Shown here in pieces: positions 1 to 9,933 of a stretch of 33,448 bases of DNA; within the stretch, counting starts at the first letter, position 1, and every line of letters begins with the position of its first letter. The notes beneath the pieces were generated by a model. The model was not told where the DNA came from, made no database searches, and saw only the letters and a program-made list of their open reading frames with translations. Position numbers and translations under genes: made by a program. The DNA is from Nitrospinota bacterium (lineage in GTDB: Bacteria; UBA8248): positions 1 through 33,448 of the forward strand of contig JAYGFR010000145.1 in the NCBI GenBank assembly GCA_046581755.1, given 5' to 3'.

Positions 1-188
1 TCATCGGCGGCCGTCGAGGGAGCGGCGACGACGGCGGGCAGGTCCACGTTGACCTGGCTCCTGTGCTGCTCGAGCAACGGGGCCGTAACCATGAATATGA
101 TCAGCAGGACGAGCATCACATCCACGAGGGGTGTGACGTTGATTTCCGCCAGGTGTGTGCCGCCGCCGCGGCTGATATTCGCAGCCAA
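1..188 (-). CDS. tolR: TolR/ExbD family protein, 5' part (runs off the window)
   Basis: Not in the ORF track. Hand translation from TTG at 188, preceded by GGAGG, gives [37 protein letters not shown]. This carries the ExbD/TolR signature [20 protein letters not shown] and lies directly downstream of tolQ. Confidence 0.9.
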   Translation of the reverse strand, partial: MAANISRGGGTHLAEINVTPLVDVMLVLLIIFMVTAPLLEQHRSQVNVDLPAVVAAPSTAAD

Positions 189-203
189 GATCGCCTCCGG
201 CGT

Positions 204-956
204 TTACATGGTCATGAAATGGCGGCCTACGAGATTGAGAAAATCCGCGGTGAAATTTTCGATATCATCCGCGAGAATCTTGATACGATTCTGTAAATGG
301 TTGTAAGCGATTACGGCAGGAATCGCAGCCGCCAGCCCCAGCGCCGTCGCGATCAGGGCCTCGCTGATGCCGGGCGCCACGACGGCCAGACCGGCGGCCC
401 CCTGGGTCCCGATATCGCGGAACGAGTTCATGATCCCCCAAACCGTACCGAAAAGCCCGATAAACGGCGATGCGCTGGCGGTGGTGGCCAGAAACGTGAT
501 GAGACGCTCCAGGCTTGAAATCTCATGATTCGCCGCGCGTCTGAGCGCGCGTTCCACGCTTTCGACCCCCGAAAGCTCCGCGGTTAATACATTTGTGTCC
601 TCAGCGCCGCCTTTTGTTCTCGCCTGGAGAACCTGCTCCGCCTCCCGGTATCCCGCCGCGAAAACCTCGGCGATCGGGTTCCCCTCGATGGCGAGGGCCT
701 CCTCGTAGAGCTGATCCAGCCGTTTGGCCTGCCAGAATGCCGCCAGGAATTCATCGCAGCTTCTCTTGGCGCGGCGGAGTTCGAGCACCTTCCACATAAT
801 GATCGTCCAGGAAGTCAGGGAGAAAAAAACCAGTATCAGCAGCACAAAGAAAACCACTCCGACGGAGCCAAAGGCGAGGCTCCATACGTCGATTCCGGCC
901 GGCGCCGGGGGCATGGATTCGCTAACGGATAAAGCGGGAGCCAGAATCGCCTGCAA
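204..956 (-). CDS. tolQ: TolQ (MotA/TolQ/ExbB proton-channel family)
   Basis: Motifs [17 protein letters not shown] and [27 protein letters not shown]. Start placed at TTG 956, 6 nt after GGAGG; the ORF track start is 962. Confidence 0.92.
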   Translation of the reverse strand: MQAILAPALSVSESMPPAPAGIDVWSLAFGSVGVVFFVLLILVFFSLTSWTIIMWKVLELRRAKRSCDEFLAAFWQAKRLDQLYEEALAIEGNPIAEVFAAGYREAEQVLQARTKGGAEDTNVLTAELSGVESVERALRRAANHEISSLERLITFLATTASASPFIGLFGTVWGIMNSFRDIGTQGAAGLAVVAPGISEALIATALGLAAAIPAVIAYNHLQNRIKILADDIENFTADFLNLVGRHFMTM

Positions 957-982
957 AACCAACCTCCAAGGACGGGCAAGGA

Positions 983-1011
983 AGTATTGCTTTTTTAAAA
1001 AAGCCCGTCAA
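983..1011 (-). promoter_or_regulatory. Candidate sigma70 promoter for tolQR
   Basis: Minus strand TTGACG (1011-1006), 17-nt spacer, AATACT (988-983). The spacer is the palindrome GCTTTTTTAAAAAAGC. Confidence 0.5.
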
Positions 1012-1033
1012 TACAAATTGCTTCAGCGATTCG

Positions 1034-1063
1034 TTGACATCAATTCTAAGCTCCGGCCATAAT
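1034..1063 (+). promoter_or_regulatory. Candidate sigma70 promoter for the M20-slt-anmK operon
   Basis: TTGACA (1034-1039), 18-nt spacer, CATAAT (1058-1063), about 27 nt before the start codon. Confidence 0.65.
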
Positions 1064-1089
1064 CGGTTTCCTAAACCGCCTGCAGGTTT

Positions 1090-2304
1090 TTGTCCATGAC
1101 GCTCGATCAGGTGAAATCAGCCGTTTGCGGGAATATCGATAAAGCCGCACCCGCGCTATGGGCCATTTCCCTCGACATGCACCGCCATCCCGAAACTGCC
1201 TTTCAGGAAAAGCGCGCCAGCGCCGCTATCGCCCAATTTTTAGAAGACCGGGGGTTTCGCGTCGAGCGGGGGGTGGCCAACCTCCCCACCGCCTTCCGGG
1301 CCAAACGCTCCGCCAAGGGCAGAAACAAGCCAGCCGTCTCATTCATGGCCGAATACGACGCCCTGCCCAGGCTGGGCCATGCCTGCGGACACAATGTCAT
1401 CGCCATGGCCAGCGCCGGAGCGGGGGCCGCGCTGGCGGGCACATTAGAGCCGGACAAAGGAGGCATCCAGGTCCTCGGAACGCCCGCCGAGGAGGGCGGG
1501 GGCGGAAAGGTCATCATGGCGAAAAACGGCCTTTTCCACCGGCTGGACGCCAACATGATGATGCACCCCTCGGCGGAAACACGGACGGATGTGAACTTCC
1601 TCGCCCTGGCCGAACTTCGGTTCCGGTTTTTCGGAAAAGCCTCCCACGCCTCGGTCGCTCCCGAAAAAGGGATCAACGCCCTGGACGGCGTTCTCGCCAC
1701 CTTTAACGCCATCTCCGCCCTCAGGCAACATCTTCCCCCGGGGGACAGGGTCCACGGCATCATCACCGAAGGCGGCGAGGCGCCGAACATCGTCCCGGAA
1801 AAAGCCTCCGCCTGGTTTTACGTGAGGAGCCTAACCACCGAGGGGCTCGAAAACCTCGTCCGGAGGGTGTCGGATTGCGCCCGCGGGGCGGCGCGCTCGG
1901 CCGGAGCCAGACTCCGGGTGGAAAGAAATCCGATCGGATATGCGCCCATGCGGGTCAATACAGCCCTGGCCTCCCTTTTCCGGAAAAACCTGGAGAGCCT
2001 GGGAGTCTTCGAGCCCGATCCCCTTCCTCCCCTCGCGATGGGTTCCTCCGACGTGGGAAACGCCAGCCAGGAAGCGCCCACCATCCATCCCGAGATCCAG
2101 ATGGTCCCGCCGGAGGTTTCGGCGCACACCCATGCCTTCGCCGAGGCGGCGGGAGGCGCGAAAGGAAGAAAAACCCTCGTTTTAGGAGCGAAAGCTCTGG
2201 CCATGACCGGCGTGGATATTCTTCTCGATAAAGAAGCCAGGGCTCGCGTCAGGTCCGAATTCCAGTTCCGCGGCGGGCGGGCCCTAAAAAATGCCCCCAA
2301 ATGA
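1090..2304 (+). CDS. M20 family amidohydrolase (ACY1L2/PM20D2-like)
   Basis: Motifs HPETAFQE, AEYDALPRLGHACGHN, GTPAEEGGGGK, GSSDVGN and HT. Alternative start ATG 1096. Confidence 0.88.
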   Translation: MSMTLDQVKSAVCGNIDKAAPALWAISLDMHRHPETAFQEKRASAAIAQFLEDRGFRVERGVANLPTAFRAKRSAKGRNKPAVSFMAEYDALPRLGHACGHNVIAMASAGAGAALAGTLEPDKGGIQVLGTPAEEGGGGKVIMAKNGLFHRLDANMMMHPSAETRTDVNFLALAELRFRFFGKASHASVAPEKGINALDGVLATFNAISALRQHLPPGDRVHGIITEGGEAPNIVPEKASAWFYVRSLTTEGLENLVRRVSDCARGAARSAGARLRVERNPIGYAPMRVNTALASLFRKNLESLGVFEPDPLPPLAMGSSDVGNASQEAPTIHPEIQMVPPEVSAHTHAFAEAAGGAKGRKTLVLGAKALAMTGVDILLDKEARARVRSEFQFRGGRALKNAPK

Positions 2305-4630
2305 TCGAACCCGCATAATGGGCCAAAGGACCGCTTTATGGACCCTGGCGCTGCTTCCGATCTCCGCCCTCGTTTCCATTTCCGAATCCCGGGCCGCCCC
2401 GAAAAAAAACCTGTGGATTCCCATTCCCTCCCTGGCCGCTCCAAATAAAAGCCTGAAAATTCCCATACCCCCGGTCCCCCCACCCTCACAAAAAGCGCCC
2501 CGAAAACGGGCGAAGGCACCGAAAATTTCTCCCCTTCCGAAATTTGTCCTCGAACGGATCGAAAAAAGAAATTACGAGGGGCTGATCGACGGGCTCAGGG
2601 GCCAAACGTCTGACTGGAATGGCCGCCGGCCCTTTTTGTTCGGGTATGCCTACCTCAAGATGGGCCGGTCCCGCGATGCCGTTTTTCATCTGAAAAGAGC
2701 CCTGCGCCAAGCCCCCGACCTCAAGGGCTACATCCTCCACTTCATGGCAAAAGCATCGTTGGCGGCGGGCGATGACGAGGCGGCGCGAAAAACGCTGGAA
2801 AAACGGGTCCGTCTCGGCCGGGCGGGTCCCCGAGGCCCATTCTCTCTGGAGACGCTCGCCCGGCTGGAACTCAAGGAGGGAAGGCCCCTCCGCGCCGCAA
2901 ACTGGCTCCGGGAGCTGGTCCGGCGTTTTCCGGACCATGAAAAGGCGGCCACCTTCATCGCCCGTCGGGCGGAAGCGCTGGACAGGGCCGGGAAGACGCG
3001 GGACGCCGCCCTCGTCTGGCGTCGGATATGGCTGCGCTATCCGGAAAGCGCCATCTCGAAACGCGGCCTGGCCCGGTCCAGGGCGCTGGGGCAAAACGTA
3101 ACCCCCCCTCTTAGGCCCATCGGGCCACGCGACCACTTTCTTCGGGCGCGGCACCTTCAAAAGGCGAATCACCATGAAAAAGCCCTGAATGGATTCCGCG
3201 AGTTGAACCGGCTTTTTCCAGATTCCCCCTTCCGGCGCCAGGCGGCCCTGTACTCCTCGTTCGCGCTGTTTGCGCTCCGAAAAACGGTCCGGGCCGCCAA
3301 CGCGCTGGCGGCGTCGCTTCATCTGGTTCCGCCCGGCTCCCCGAACCGCATGCGGATCCGGTTCTATCTTTCCAGAAACCACCTGCGCCGCCACGATCAA
3401 CCCGCCTTCGAGATGGAGGCACGGGCGCTTTTGGAGGAAACGCCCGAAGGCATCTGGGCGGCGCGCACGCGCTACCTTCTCGCCAGGGTCAGCGAGGACG
3501 ATAAGAACTTCGAAACGGCCGTCCGCTACTATCGGGAGGTGATTCAAAAACACCCCTATTCACCGCACGCCCTGAAAGCCCGCTGGCAACTCTCCTGGAT
3601 CCGGTTCCAGAAAAAAGAATACCCGGAGGCGTTCCGGGGTTTCGAGGAAATGGAACGCCTCTATCTGAATCACCGGCTCGCCTCATCGGCCCTTTTTTGG
3701 GGGGCGGTCTCCGCCCAGAGATCGGGGGAGCGCGAGAAGGCGCAGGCGCTTTTCCGGAAAAACGCCCAGAAGTACCGCCACCGCTACTACGGACAACTCT
3801 CCCGGAAAGCCCTTCGGCGAATGGCGAAAAAAACAGGACTCCCGTCCAAACCCCTTCCGCTTCCGGCCGCCGGCTACCGGGACTGGCTTCGCCCCCCCGC
3901 CGGATCGGTTGGGCAGGCGTCGCTCCCCGGATGGCGCGCGGCGGAGATACTCGCCTCAATGGGATTCCACCTGATGGCGGCCGAGGAATTCAAGCGAATG
4001 GGCCCCGCGCGTTATTTCAGGTTCCGCGCGGCCCGTTCGTATTTCCGGGGCGGGCGGAACGACATGGCTATCCGGATTATGCATAAATCGTTCTGGGACG
4101 CCGTCCGGGCGGGCGGCAAGGATCTCCCGCGGGAGTTTTGGAAAATCGTCTTCCCGCTGCACCCGGCGAAAAAGAGACCGGGAGATGCCGATCCGCTTCT
4201 GGTCAACGCCATCATCCGTGCGGAAAGCCTCTTCGACCGGAGAGCCTTCTCGCGCGCGGGGGCCATCGGCCTGATGCAGATCATGCCCGCCACCGGCCGC
4301 CAGCTATCGAAAAAGCTCAAAATCCGCCTGCAGTCGTCCGACAAGCTGTTCGACCCCAAACTGAACGTCCGCCTCGGCGCCCGTTATCTGGGCGATTTGG
4401 TGAGCGAATTCAAGGGTGCCCTGGTGCCGGCCATCGCCAGCTACAATGCGGGAAAGAGGGTGGCGAAAAAGTGGTGGCGAACCCGCGGGGAGGAATCCAT
4501 CGAATCGTTCGTGGAGCGAATTCCGTATCAAGAAACGCGAAACTATGTAAAAAAAGTTCTGGGCTACTACCGCGAGTACCAGCGCATCTACGCCCGCTCC
4601 CAAACATCCACGGCGCACGCCGGGCGGTGA
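2291..4630 (+). CDS. slt: TPR-containing soluble lytic transglycosylase (Slt70-like)
   Basis: N-terminal hydrophobic signal-like segment, long helical-repeat region, and a C-terminal SLT domain (AIIRAES catalytic Glu, GLMQIMP, ASYNAG, ETRNYV). Alternative start ATG 2318. Confidence 0.9.
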   Translation: MPPNDRTRIMGQRTALWTLALLPISALVSISESRAAPKKNLWIPIPSLAAPNKSLKIPIPPVPPPSQKAPRKRAKAPKISPLPKFVLERIEKRNYEGLIDGLRGQTSDWNGRRPFLFGYAYLKMGRSRDAVFHLKRALRQAPDLKGYILHFMAKASLAAGDDEAARKTLEKRVRLGRAGPRGPFSLETLARLELKEGRPLRAANWLRELVRRFPDHEKAATFIARRAEALDRAGKTRDAALVWRRIWLRYPESAISKRGLARSRALGQNVTPPLRPIGPRDHFLRARHLQKANHHEKALNGFRELNRLFPDSPFRRQAALYSSFALFALRKTVRAANALAASLHLVPPGSPNRMRIRFYLSRNHLRRHDQPAFEMEARALLEETPEGIWAARTRYLLARVSEDDKNFETAVRYYREVIQKHPYSPHALKARWQLSWIRFQKKEYPEAFRGFEEMERLYLNHRLASSALFWGAVSAQRSGEREKAQALFRKNAQKYRHRYYGQLSRKALRRMAKKTGLPSKPLPLPAAGYRDWLRPPAGSVGQASLPGWRAAEILASMGFHLMAAEEFKRMGPARYFRFRAARSYFRGGRNDMAIRIMHKSFWDAVRAGGKDLPREFWKIVFPLHPAKKRPGDADPLLVNAIIRAESLFDRRAFSRAGAIGLMQIMPATGRQLSKKLKIRLQSSDKLFDPKLNVRLGARYLGDLVSEFKGALVPAIASYNAGKRVAKKWWRTRGEESIESFVERIPYQETRNYVKKVLGYYREYQRIYARSQTSTAHAGR

Positions 4631-4631
4631 C

Positions 4632-5831
4632 ATGAATTCTCTCGCGTCGCGAACGCATACGGCCATCGGTCTGATGTCGGGCACCTCGGCGGACGGGGTG
4701 GACGTGGCGCTGGTGCGGATCGCCTTGGGCCCCCCGCCCCGGGCGGAGGTTCTCGATTTTCGCTCGGTTCGCTACCCCGCCGGACTGCGCCGCCGGGTGT
4801 TGGCCGCCGCCGGCGAGCCGGGGTCCCCCACCCCGGAAATCTGCTCCCTTCACCAGGAAATTGGAGAGGCATTCGCCGGCGCCGCCATGAGCCTGTTAGA
4901 GGCGGGCCAGATAGAGTCAAGATCGGTGAACTTCATCGGCAGCCACGGCCAGACGGTCCGCCATCTTCCGGAAGGGGGAGAGGGGCCGGAAGGGCCGCTC
5001 GCGCCCTCGACGCTGCAAATCGGAGACCCCGCCGTCATCGCCGAGCGAACGGGCTGCACCGTGATCTCCGACTTCCGGGCGCGCGACGTGGCGGCGGGCG
5101 GCATGGGCGCGCCGCTCACCCCCTGGGCGCACCGCCTCCTGTTCGGCCAAAAGGGTCGTCCGGTCGTGTTCGTCAACCTGGGAGGGATATCGAACCTCAC
5201 CTATATCCCCCCGGAGGGCGAAGAGGGCCTGTTCGCTTTCGACGCGGGACCGGCCAACATGACCCTCGACGCGCTTGCCGAAAAAATTTCAGGCGGAAAA
5301 GAGGGGTTCGACAACGAAGGAGCGATGGCGGCTCGGGGCCGGGTCAGCGAGGAAGCCCTCGCCTCCCTCTTGCGCCATCCCTATCTCGCCGCTCCCGTCC
5401 CGAAAAGCACCGGCCGCGAAACCTTCGGGGAATCCTTCCTGGCCGGGGCCGCCGAACTGCCCGGCCTTCGAGGCGCGGGGCCCGAGGACCAGATGGCCAC
5501 GATGTGCGCGTTTTCCGCCGAATGCATCGTCCGCTCCCTCCGGGATCATTTTCCCCCCGAGGCGCCGCCCGCCGAAATCATCGCCGGCGGGGGCGGGGTG
5601 CGCAATAAAACATTCATGGCCCGCCTCGAAGTGGGATTGGCCCCGATACCTCTCGTATCGAGCGCGGAGCGGGGCATATCCCCGGACGAGGTGGAGGCGG
5701 TCTCCTTCGCTCTCCTCGCGTGGGGCACCCTTCGCGGAGAGCCGGGAAACGTACCGGCGGCAACGGGGGCGAAACGCAGCGTGGTTCTGGGAAACATCAC
5801 CCCCGGCCGAAACTACCTTTCGCTGCTCTAG
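4632..5831 (+). CDS. anmK: Anhydro-N-acetylmuramic acid kinase
   Basis: Motifs IGLMSGTSADGVD, GSHGQTV, DFRARDVAAGGMGAPL, NLGGISN, FDAGPAN and PKSTGRE. Starts 1 nt after the slt stop. Confidence 0.95.
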   Translation: MNSLASRTHTAIGLMSGTSADGVDVALVRIALGPPPRAEVLDFRSVRYPAGLRRRVLAAAGEPGSPTPEICSLHQEIGEAFAGAAMSLLEAGQIESRSVNFIGSHGQTVRHLPEGGEGPEGPLAPSTLQIGDPAVIAERTGCTVISDFRARDVAAGGMGAPLTPWAHRLLFGQKGRPVVFVNLGGISNLTYIPPEGEEGLFAFDAGPANMTLDALAEKISGGKEGFDNEGAMAARGRVSEEALASLLRHPYLAAPVPKSTGRETFGESFLAGAAELPGLRGAGPEDQMATMCAFSAECIVRSLRDHFPPEAPPAEIIAGGGGVRNKTFMARLEVGLAPIPLVSSAERGISPDEVEAVSFALLAWGTLRGEPGNVPAATGAKRSVVLGNITPGRNYLSLL

Positions 5832-5905
5832 GGGGCGGTACGGGCGGGAGCGCCCTGCGCGCCGGATGCGCCGCTGTCATTTGAGCCAACAAACGCGAGG
5901 CAACG

Positions 5906-7084
5906 ATGGACGATGCGCTAATTGACGAAACCGTTTCGCTCACCCAGGAATTTATTCGGATCAGGAGCGAAAATCCCGGGGGGAACGAAGCTGCCATGGC
6001 AGACCGGACGGAAGACTTCCTGCGCGGGCTGGGCCTTGACGTCGAGCGCGACGATGTCGCTCCGGGACGCCAGAACATCGTCGCCGAACTCGCCGCGCCT
6101 CCGGGCGGGACCACTCTCGTTTTCCTGAACCACATGGACACAGTCCCCGCCGGGGAGGGATGGACGCGCGACCCGTTCGCCGCCGAAATTTCCGAGGGGA
6201 AACTTTGGGGACGCGGCTCGTGCGATATGAAAGGGGGCCTGGCGGCCGCCCTGATTGCGGTGAAAAATTTGAAGCGAAAATTCGACCGGGGCGCCCGGCT
6301 TCGGCGTTCCGTCAGGACGTGTCTCGTGGTGGACGAGGAATGCTCGTGGATGCAAGGCGTCTCGAAAGCGGTGGATCTGGGCCGCATCGGCGGCGATGAT
6401 GTGGTCGTCTCCTGCGAACCCACCAGCCTCGAGCTCAAGTCCGCGCAAAAGGGGGCGATGTGGTACGAAATATCGTTTTCCGGAAAAAACGCCCATGCCG
6501 CCGCGCCGCAAATGGGCGCGAACGCCATCGGGGCGGCGGCCCGAACGCTCATCCGGCTCGAGGAGATGGCCGCCTCCATGGATGCAGCCCACGATCTGCT
6601 CGGGAAAACCACCATCGTAACGAGCGTCATCCACGGCGGACACAAAACGAACATCGTCCCCGACGCCTGCCGGATCGAGGTGGACGTCCGCTTTATCCCG
6701 CCGCTCACCGTTCCGCAGGTGGGCGCGCTTTTGGAAAAAGCGGCCGCCGATGCCTGCCAAGGCGTTCCGGGCACATCTGCGGCGGTCCGAACGCTTTCGG
6801 TCGCTCGTCCGCCGATCCTGTCCGACCCGAAAAGCCCGGGCGCCCGAATTATCGGCGCGGCGCTCGCGAAAACGGCGGGCGCAGCGCCCGTCCCGGGCGG
6901 GGTCAGCTACTATTCGGACGCCGGCCTTGCTGCCGCGCGAACGGGAAACCGGCAGTGTTTTCTCCTCGGACCCGGAAATATCGAACAGGCCCATAGCCCG
7001 GATGAATTTATCGAGGTCGAGGAACTCCGCAGGTCCGCCGTCGTTATTGGTGCGCTGGCCGAGGAATTCGGATTGGAAAACTAG
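5906..7084 (+). CDS. M20A metallopeptidase/deacylase (ArgE/DapE-like)
   Basis: Metal-ligand motifs HMDTVP, GRGSCDMKGG, VDEE, EPT and GPGNIEQAHSPDE. Confidence 0.88.
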   Translation: MDDALIDETVSLTQEFIRIRSENPGGNEAAMADRTEDFLRGLGLDVERDDVAPGRQNIVAELAAPPGGTTLVFLNHMDTVPAGEGWTRDPFAAEISEGKLWGRGSCDMKGGLAAALIAVKNLKRKFDRGARLRRSVRTCLVVDEECSWMQGVSKAVDLGRIGGDDVVVSCEPTSLELKSAQKGAMWYEISFSGKNAHAAAPQMGANAIGAAARTLIRLEEMAASMDAAHDLLGKTTIVTSVIHGGHKTNIVPDACRIEVDVRFIPPLTVPQVGALLEKAAADACQGVPGTSAAVRTLSVARPPILSDPKSPGARIIGAALAKTAGAAPVPGGVSYYSDAGLAAARTGNRQCFLLGPGNIEQAHSPDEFIEVEELRRSAVVIGALAEEFGLEN

Positions 7085-7259
7085 AGGATTGGCCTATATT
7101 TAAAGTTGAAAGTGGATATTCAAATACTTAAATTTGATATGCGCGCTGTTGGGCGTATTCTTCCAAATTATTGTAATTTTTTATCTTGGGTGATTTTTAA
7201 GCGAAGCGGACGAGATTGGAGAAAAAATCCGGGAATCCCGGTCCAGGTCCGCGGCGTAA

Positions 7260-7856
7260 ATGAAATCTCAAAGGCTTTCGATCGATCCGCTGGGGGATGT
7301 GAGCAGTGTATATGCCAGCCCAAAAGCCGCGGCCCGCAGCGCCAAATGCGCCCCCCGCGAGTCCGTTGCTGAGAAAGATCCAGTTCGAGAAATCGGTTCC
7401 CAAGGCCCTGTTGAATCTGACTCAAAAGATCAAGATAAACTACCCGTTTATTCCGTAATAGAAGAAAGGGAAATCGGCCAATTTTGAAGCTTTGCGAGCG
7501 CGAAATTTTTCAATCGGGGGCCCGAATTTTCAAGGAAGGAGAATGCGGCAACGAATTTTACTTGGTCATATCCGGCGAAGTTATCATCCGCGTCGGCGAC
7601 AAGGAGGTCGCGCGGATGCGGCCCGGAATGGTGTTCAGCGAGATGTCCCTTCTCGATGATTCGAAGCGAACGGCCTCCGCGATGCTCTCGGAGACCTCCT
7701 TGCTCTTTTCCATCTTCCGGACGATTCTCCACTCCAAAATGCCGACATCCGCCAACAAAGTGATGTCGAGCATCGCGCGCCAACTCTTTGAAAAACTGCG
7801 CGATGCAAACCAGACTATTCGAAAAATGCAAAACAGCTCCTCGAAAAAAAAAATAA
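7260..7856 (+). pseudogene. Frameshifted stand-alone cyclic-nucleotide-binding domain gene (copy 1)
   Basis: Adding one T to the T4 run at 7482-7485 joins ORFs 7260..7487 and 7484.. into EIGQF-LKLCEREIFQSGARIFKEGECGNEFYLVISGEV. The phosphate-binding cassette reads FSEMSLLDDSKRTASA (FGE changed to FSE). The A10 run at 7844-7853 skips a TAA (7854-7856) that A9 would put in frame. Confidence 0.65.
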
Positions 7857-8085
7857 CCCCGCAAGGCCCTGATTTCCCGAATCGTGACCCGGGTCACACG
7901 GATTTTTGCACTCCGGACTTTTGGGCGCCATATTTCACTCCAAGCCAAAAATTTTTCGGCCAAGGAGTTTTTTTATGGGTATGCCGGAATATATCGCACA
8001 CATGGGCGGGGACGCTGGCAGTTACATGGATTTCAACTCACCCGTGAGGGAAGTCCTCCCTTCGATGAGTTGATTGTCAAACTCA

Positions 8086-8505
8086 TGGAAAACTACGATT
8101 TTTTCTCCGACATGGACAAAATAGATTGTTTGTATTTTGCGCCTTTGCGGCCGCAGATCATTCAAGCCCGGACAGATCATTTTCGAATCGGGGGATGTCG
8201 GAAATTGCTTTTACATCATTATCTTCGGGGAAATTATCATCCGAATCGGCGGAAAAGAGCGGGCGAGGCTCGAGCAAGGCCAATGCTTCGGCGAGATGGC
8301 GGTGCTGGACGAAGCGCCGCGCGTGGCCACCGCCGAGGCCTCAAAAAATACGCTGCTGTTTTCCGTAGGCCGGGAAATTCTGGCTGACGCTCTCCCATCG
8401 CTGGACTTTAAAATCGCATCGCACTTGGCGAGACAACTTTCCCAAAAACTCCGCGAGTCGAATCGTGCGGCCAATGAAATATCCGGCGACGCCATTATCA
8501 ATTAA
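8086..8505 (+). pseudogene. Frameshifted stand-alone cyclic-nucleotide-binding domain gene (copy 2)
   Basis: The N-terminal helix MENYDFFSDMDK is in one frame and the cNMP core (FKPGQIIFESGDVGNCFYII..GQCFGEMAVLDEAPRVATA) is in another, which has TAG at 8122-8124. The frame switch lies at about 8120-8137. No HTH. True 5' end uncertain. Confidence 0.65.
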
Positions 8506-8584
8506 GTGAATATCGATCCAGGGGGAAGTTCTCGTGTATAATATATATTGAACTATATTGTACAATCATAATCCTTGTTAATTA

Positions 8585-9872
8585 TTGGATTTCTTTCGAG
8601 CCTTGATAAATAACGATATTGTTTGACCTGCGCTGACATTTGCAACCGTTTCGGTTCATTTCATCCCCAAGCTCCGGGGCGAATCAGCCCGGGAGGACAG
8701 GGGTTTTTACGCGGTCCTCTTTCTGGCGTTCCTCCTCCAGGCGGGGATGAGTATCCTTCAAATATCACTCGAACTTGTATTCTGTAAATACAATATTTAT
8801 AAATCCTCCTACCGAACCTTCGCGAATACTATTTCCCAGGGAGTGCAGTTGCCACCAGTATCGCCCCCGGTCGAGAATTATGCGTGGCTTCTCTCGCGTC
8901 TTTATCTTTTGCTCGGCCTAGCGCCGCTTACGGCCACACTGCTATCGGGTCTCATGGGCACCATTGTCGTGCGGAATATTTGTTGGGCCACGCGGCTCCT
9001 GGCCAACCGTTTGGCGGCTTTATTGATCGCCGTTCATTTGGGCTATTTTGCCTTCGTTTGTCTTTGTCACGGGACAAACATTCCGCGATTCGGTTATTTT
9101 CCTTTTGATTTCGACTCTCATCCACTGGATGGTTCGGATAGAAGGCGGAAAGGAGAGGTTCCCTTTCTTTACGGGAGGCGGGTGCCTGGTTTTGGTTTAC
9201 GTGTTGGACCAGTTTCGACCGGAAATGATGAGTCTCATATGGGTGGTCCTGGTGATGACGTCCCTGGCCGCATTGGGATGGGCCCGAAAACAAACCGCCT
9301 CATCCCGAAAATGCCTCATTTTTTTGGGGGTCATCGCCGCCGGTTTCATCTTGTTCGAACGGAACAGCGCATATATGTTGTCACCCTTCAAAAAAGGGGG
9401 ATTTTATTTTTTCCGGCAGTTAAACAACCGCAGAGCGCTGTATGTTTCCGTCTATCGAGATGACGTGGGAACCACTGTCAAGATGGCTCCGAAACCCGAC
9501 CACTCCCTCGGCCAATTTTTAACCAGAATCCCTCTTCGGATAGGGGAATTTCTTCTCTCCCCATTTCCCTGGCAACATCAAACGTCCTTCCTGAAAGTCG
9601 CGATTGCGGAAAATCTGGTTTTTTACGGGTTCCTGATATTTTGCGCCCTCTGGCTCATCGCCTTACCGCGCCTCGAATTTCACGGGATTCGGTTCGTTCT
9701 TTTGTTTTTTGGGGTGTCGGCCCTTGCCCACGGAATAATCGAAGTAAACGTGGGCACAGTCTACCGCCACCGCATGCAGTTTATTTGGCTGGCGTTCATT
9801 CCCGGGGCCGCATATCTAACAGCTCATTTTTCCGTGTTGCGGCAAAGAGCAGCATCTTTTCTCATTCGCTGA
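8585..9872 (+). pseudogene. Disrupted polytopic membrane protein, GT-C/Wzy-like (surface polysaccharide-associated)
   Basis: One frame reads LDFFRALINNDIV*PALTF..GFYAVLFLAFLLQAGM..YAWLLSRLYLLLG..AALLIA, with in-frame TGA at 8624-8626. It shifts near 9030 to FIWAILPSFVFVTGQTFRDS..LSPFPWQ..ENL..NVGTVYRHR. Many TM segments; family call tentative. Confidence 0.55.
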
Positions 9873-9933
9873 GGGGGATCGATGCCGCCACAACAAAAAG
9901 GTTGAACCTACGCCGGTTTTGCGGGGATTTCTT

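Noticed and set aside
1034..1043. FNR/CRP-like box TTGACATCAA (also GTTGATTCAAC at 17006-17016)
   Set aside because: Half-site spacing is wrong for FNR (TTGAT-N4-ATCAA), and the first is explained by the -35 hexamer.
7120..7137. Palindrome TCAAAT-N6-ATTTGA upstream of the cNMP genes
   Set aside because: Only 6-bp arms in AT-rich DNA, the orientation does not match CRP/FNR boxes, and the downstream proteins lack an HTH.
8531..8558. dif-like site (CTCGTGTATAA-TATATA-TTGAACTATAT)
   Set aside because: The right arm matches the normally well-conserved XerD arm TTATGTTAAAT poorly; more simply an AT-rich promoter containing TATAAT.
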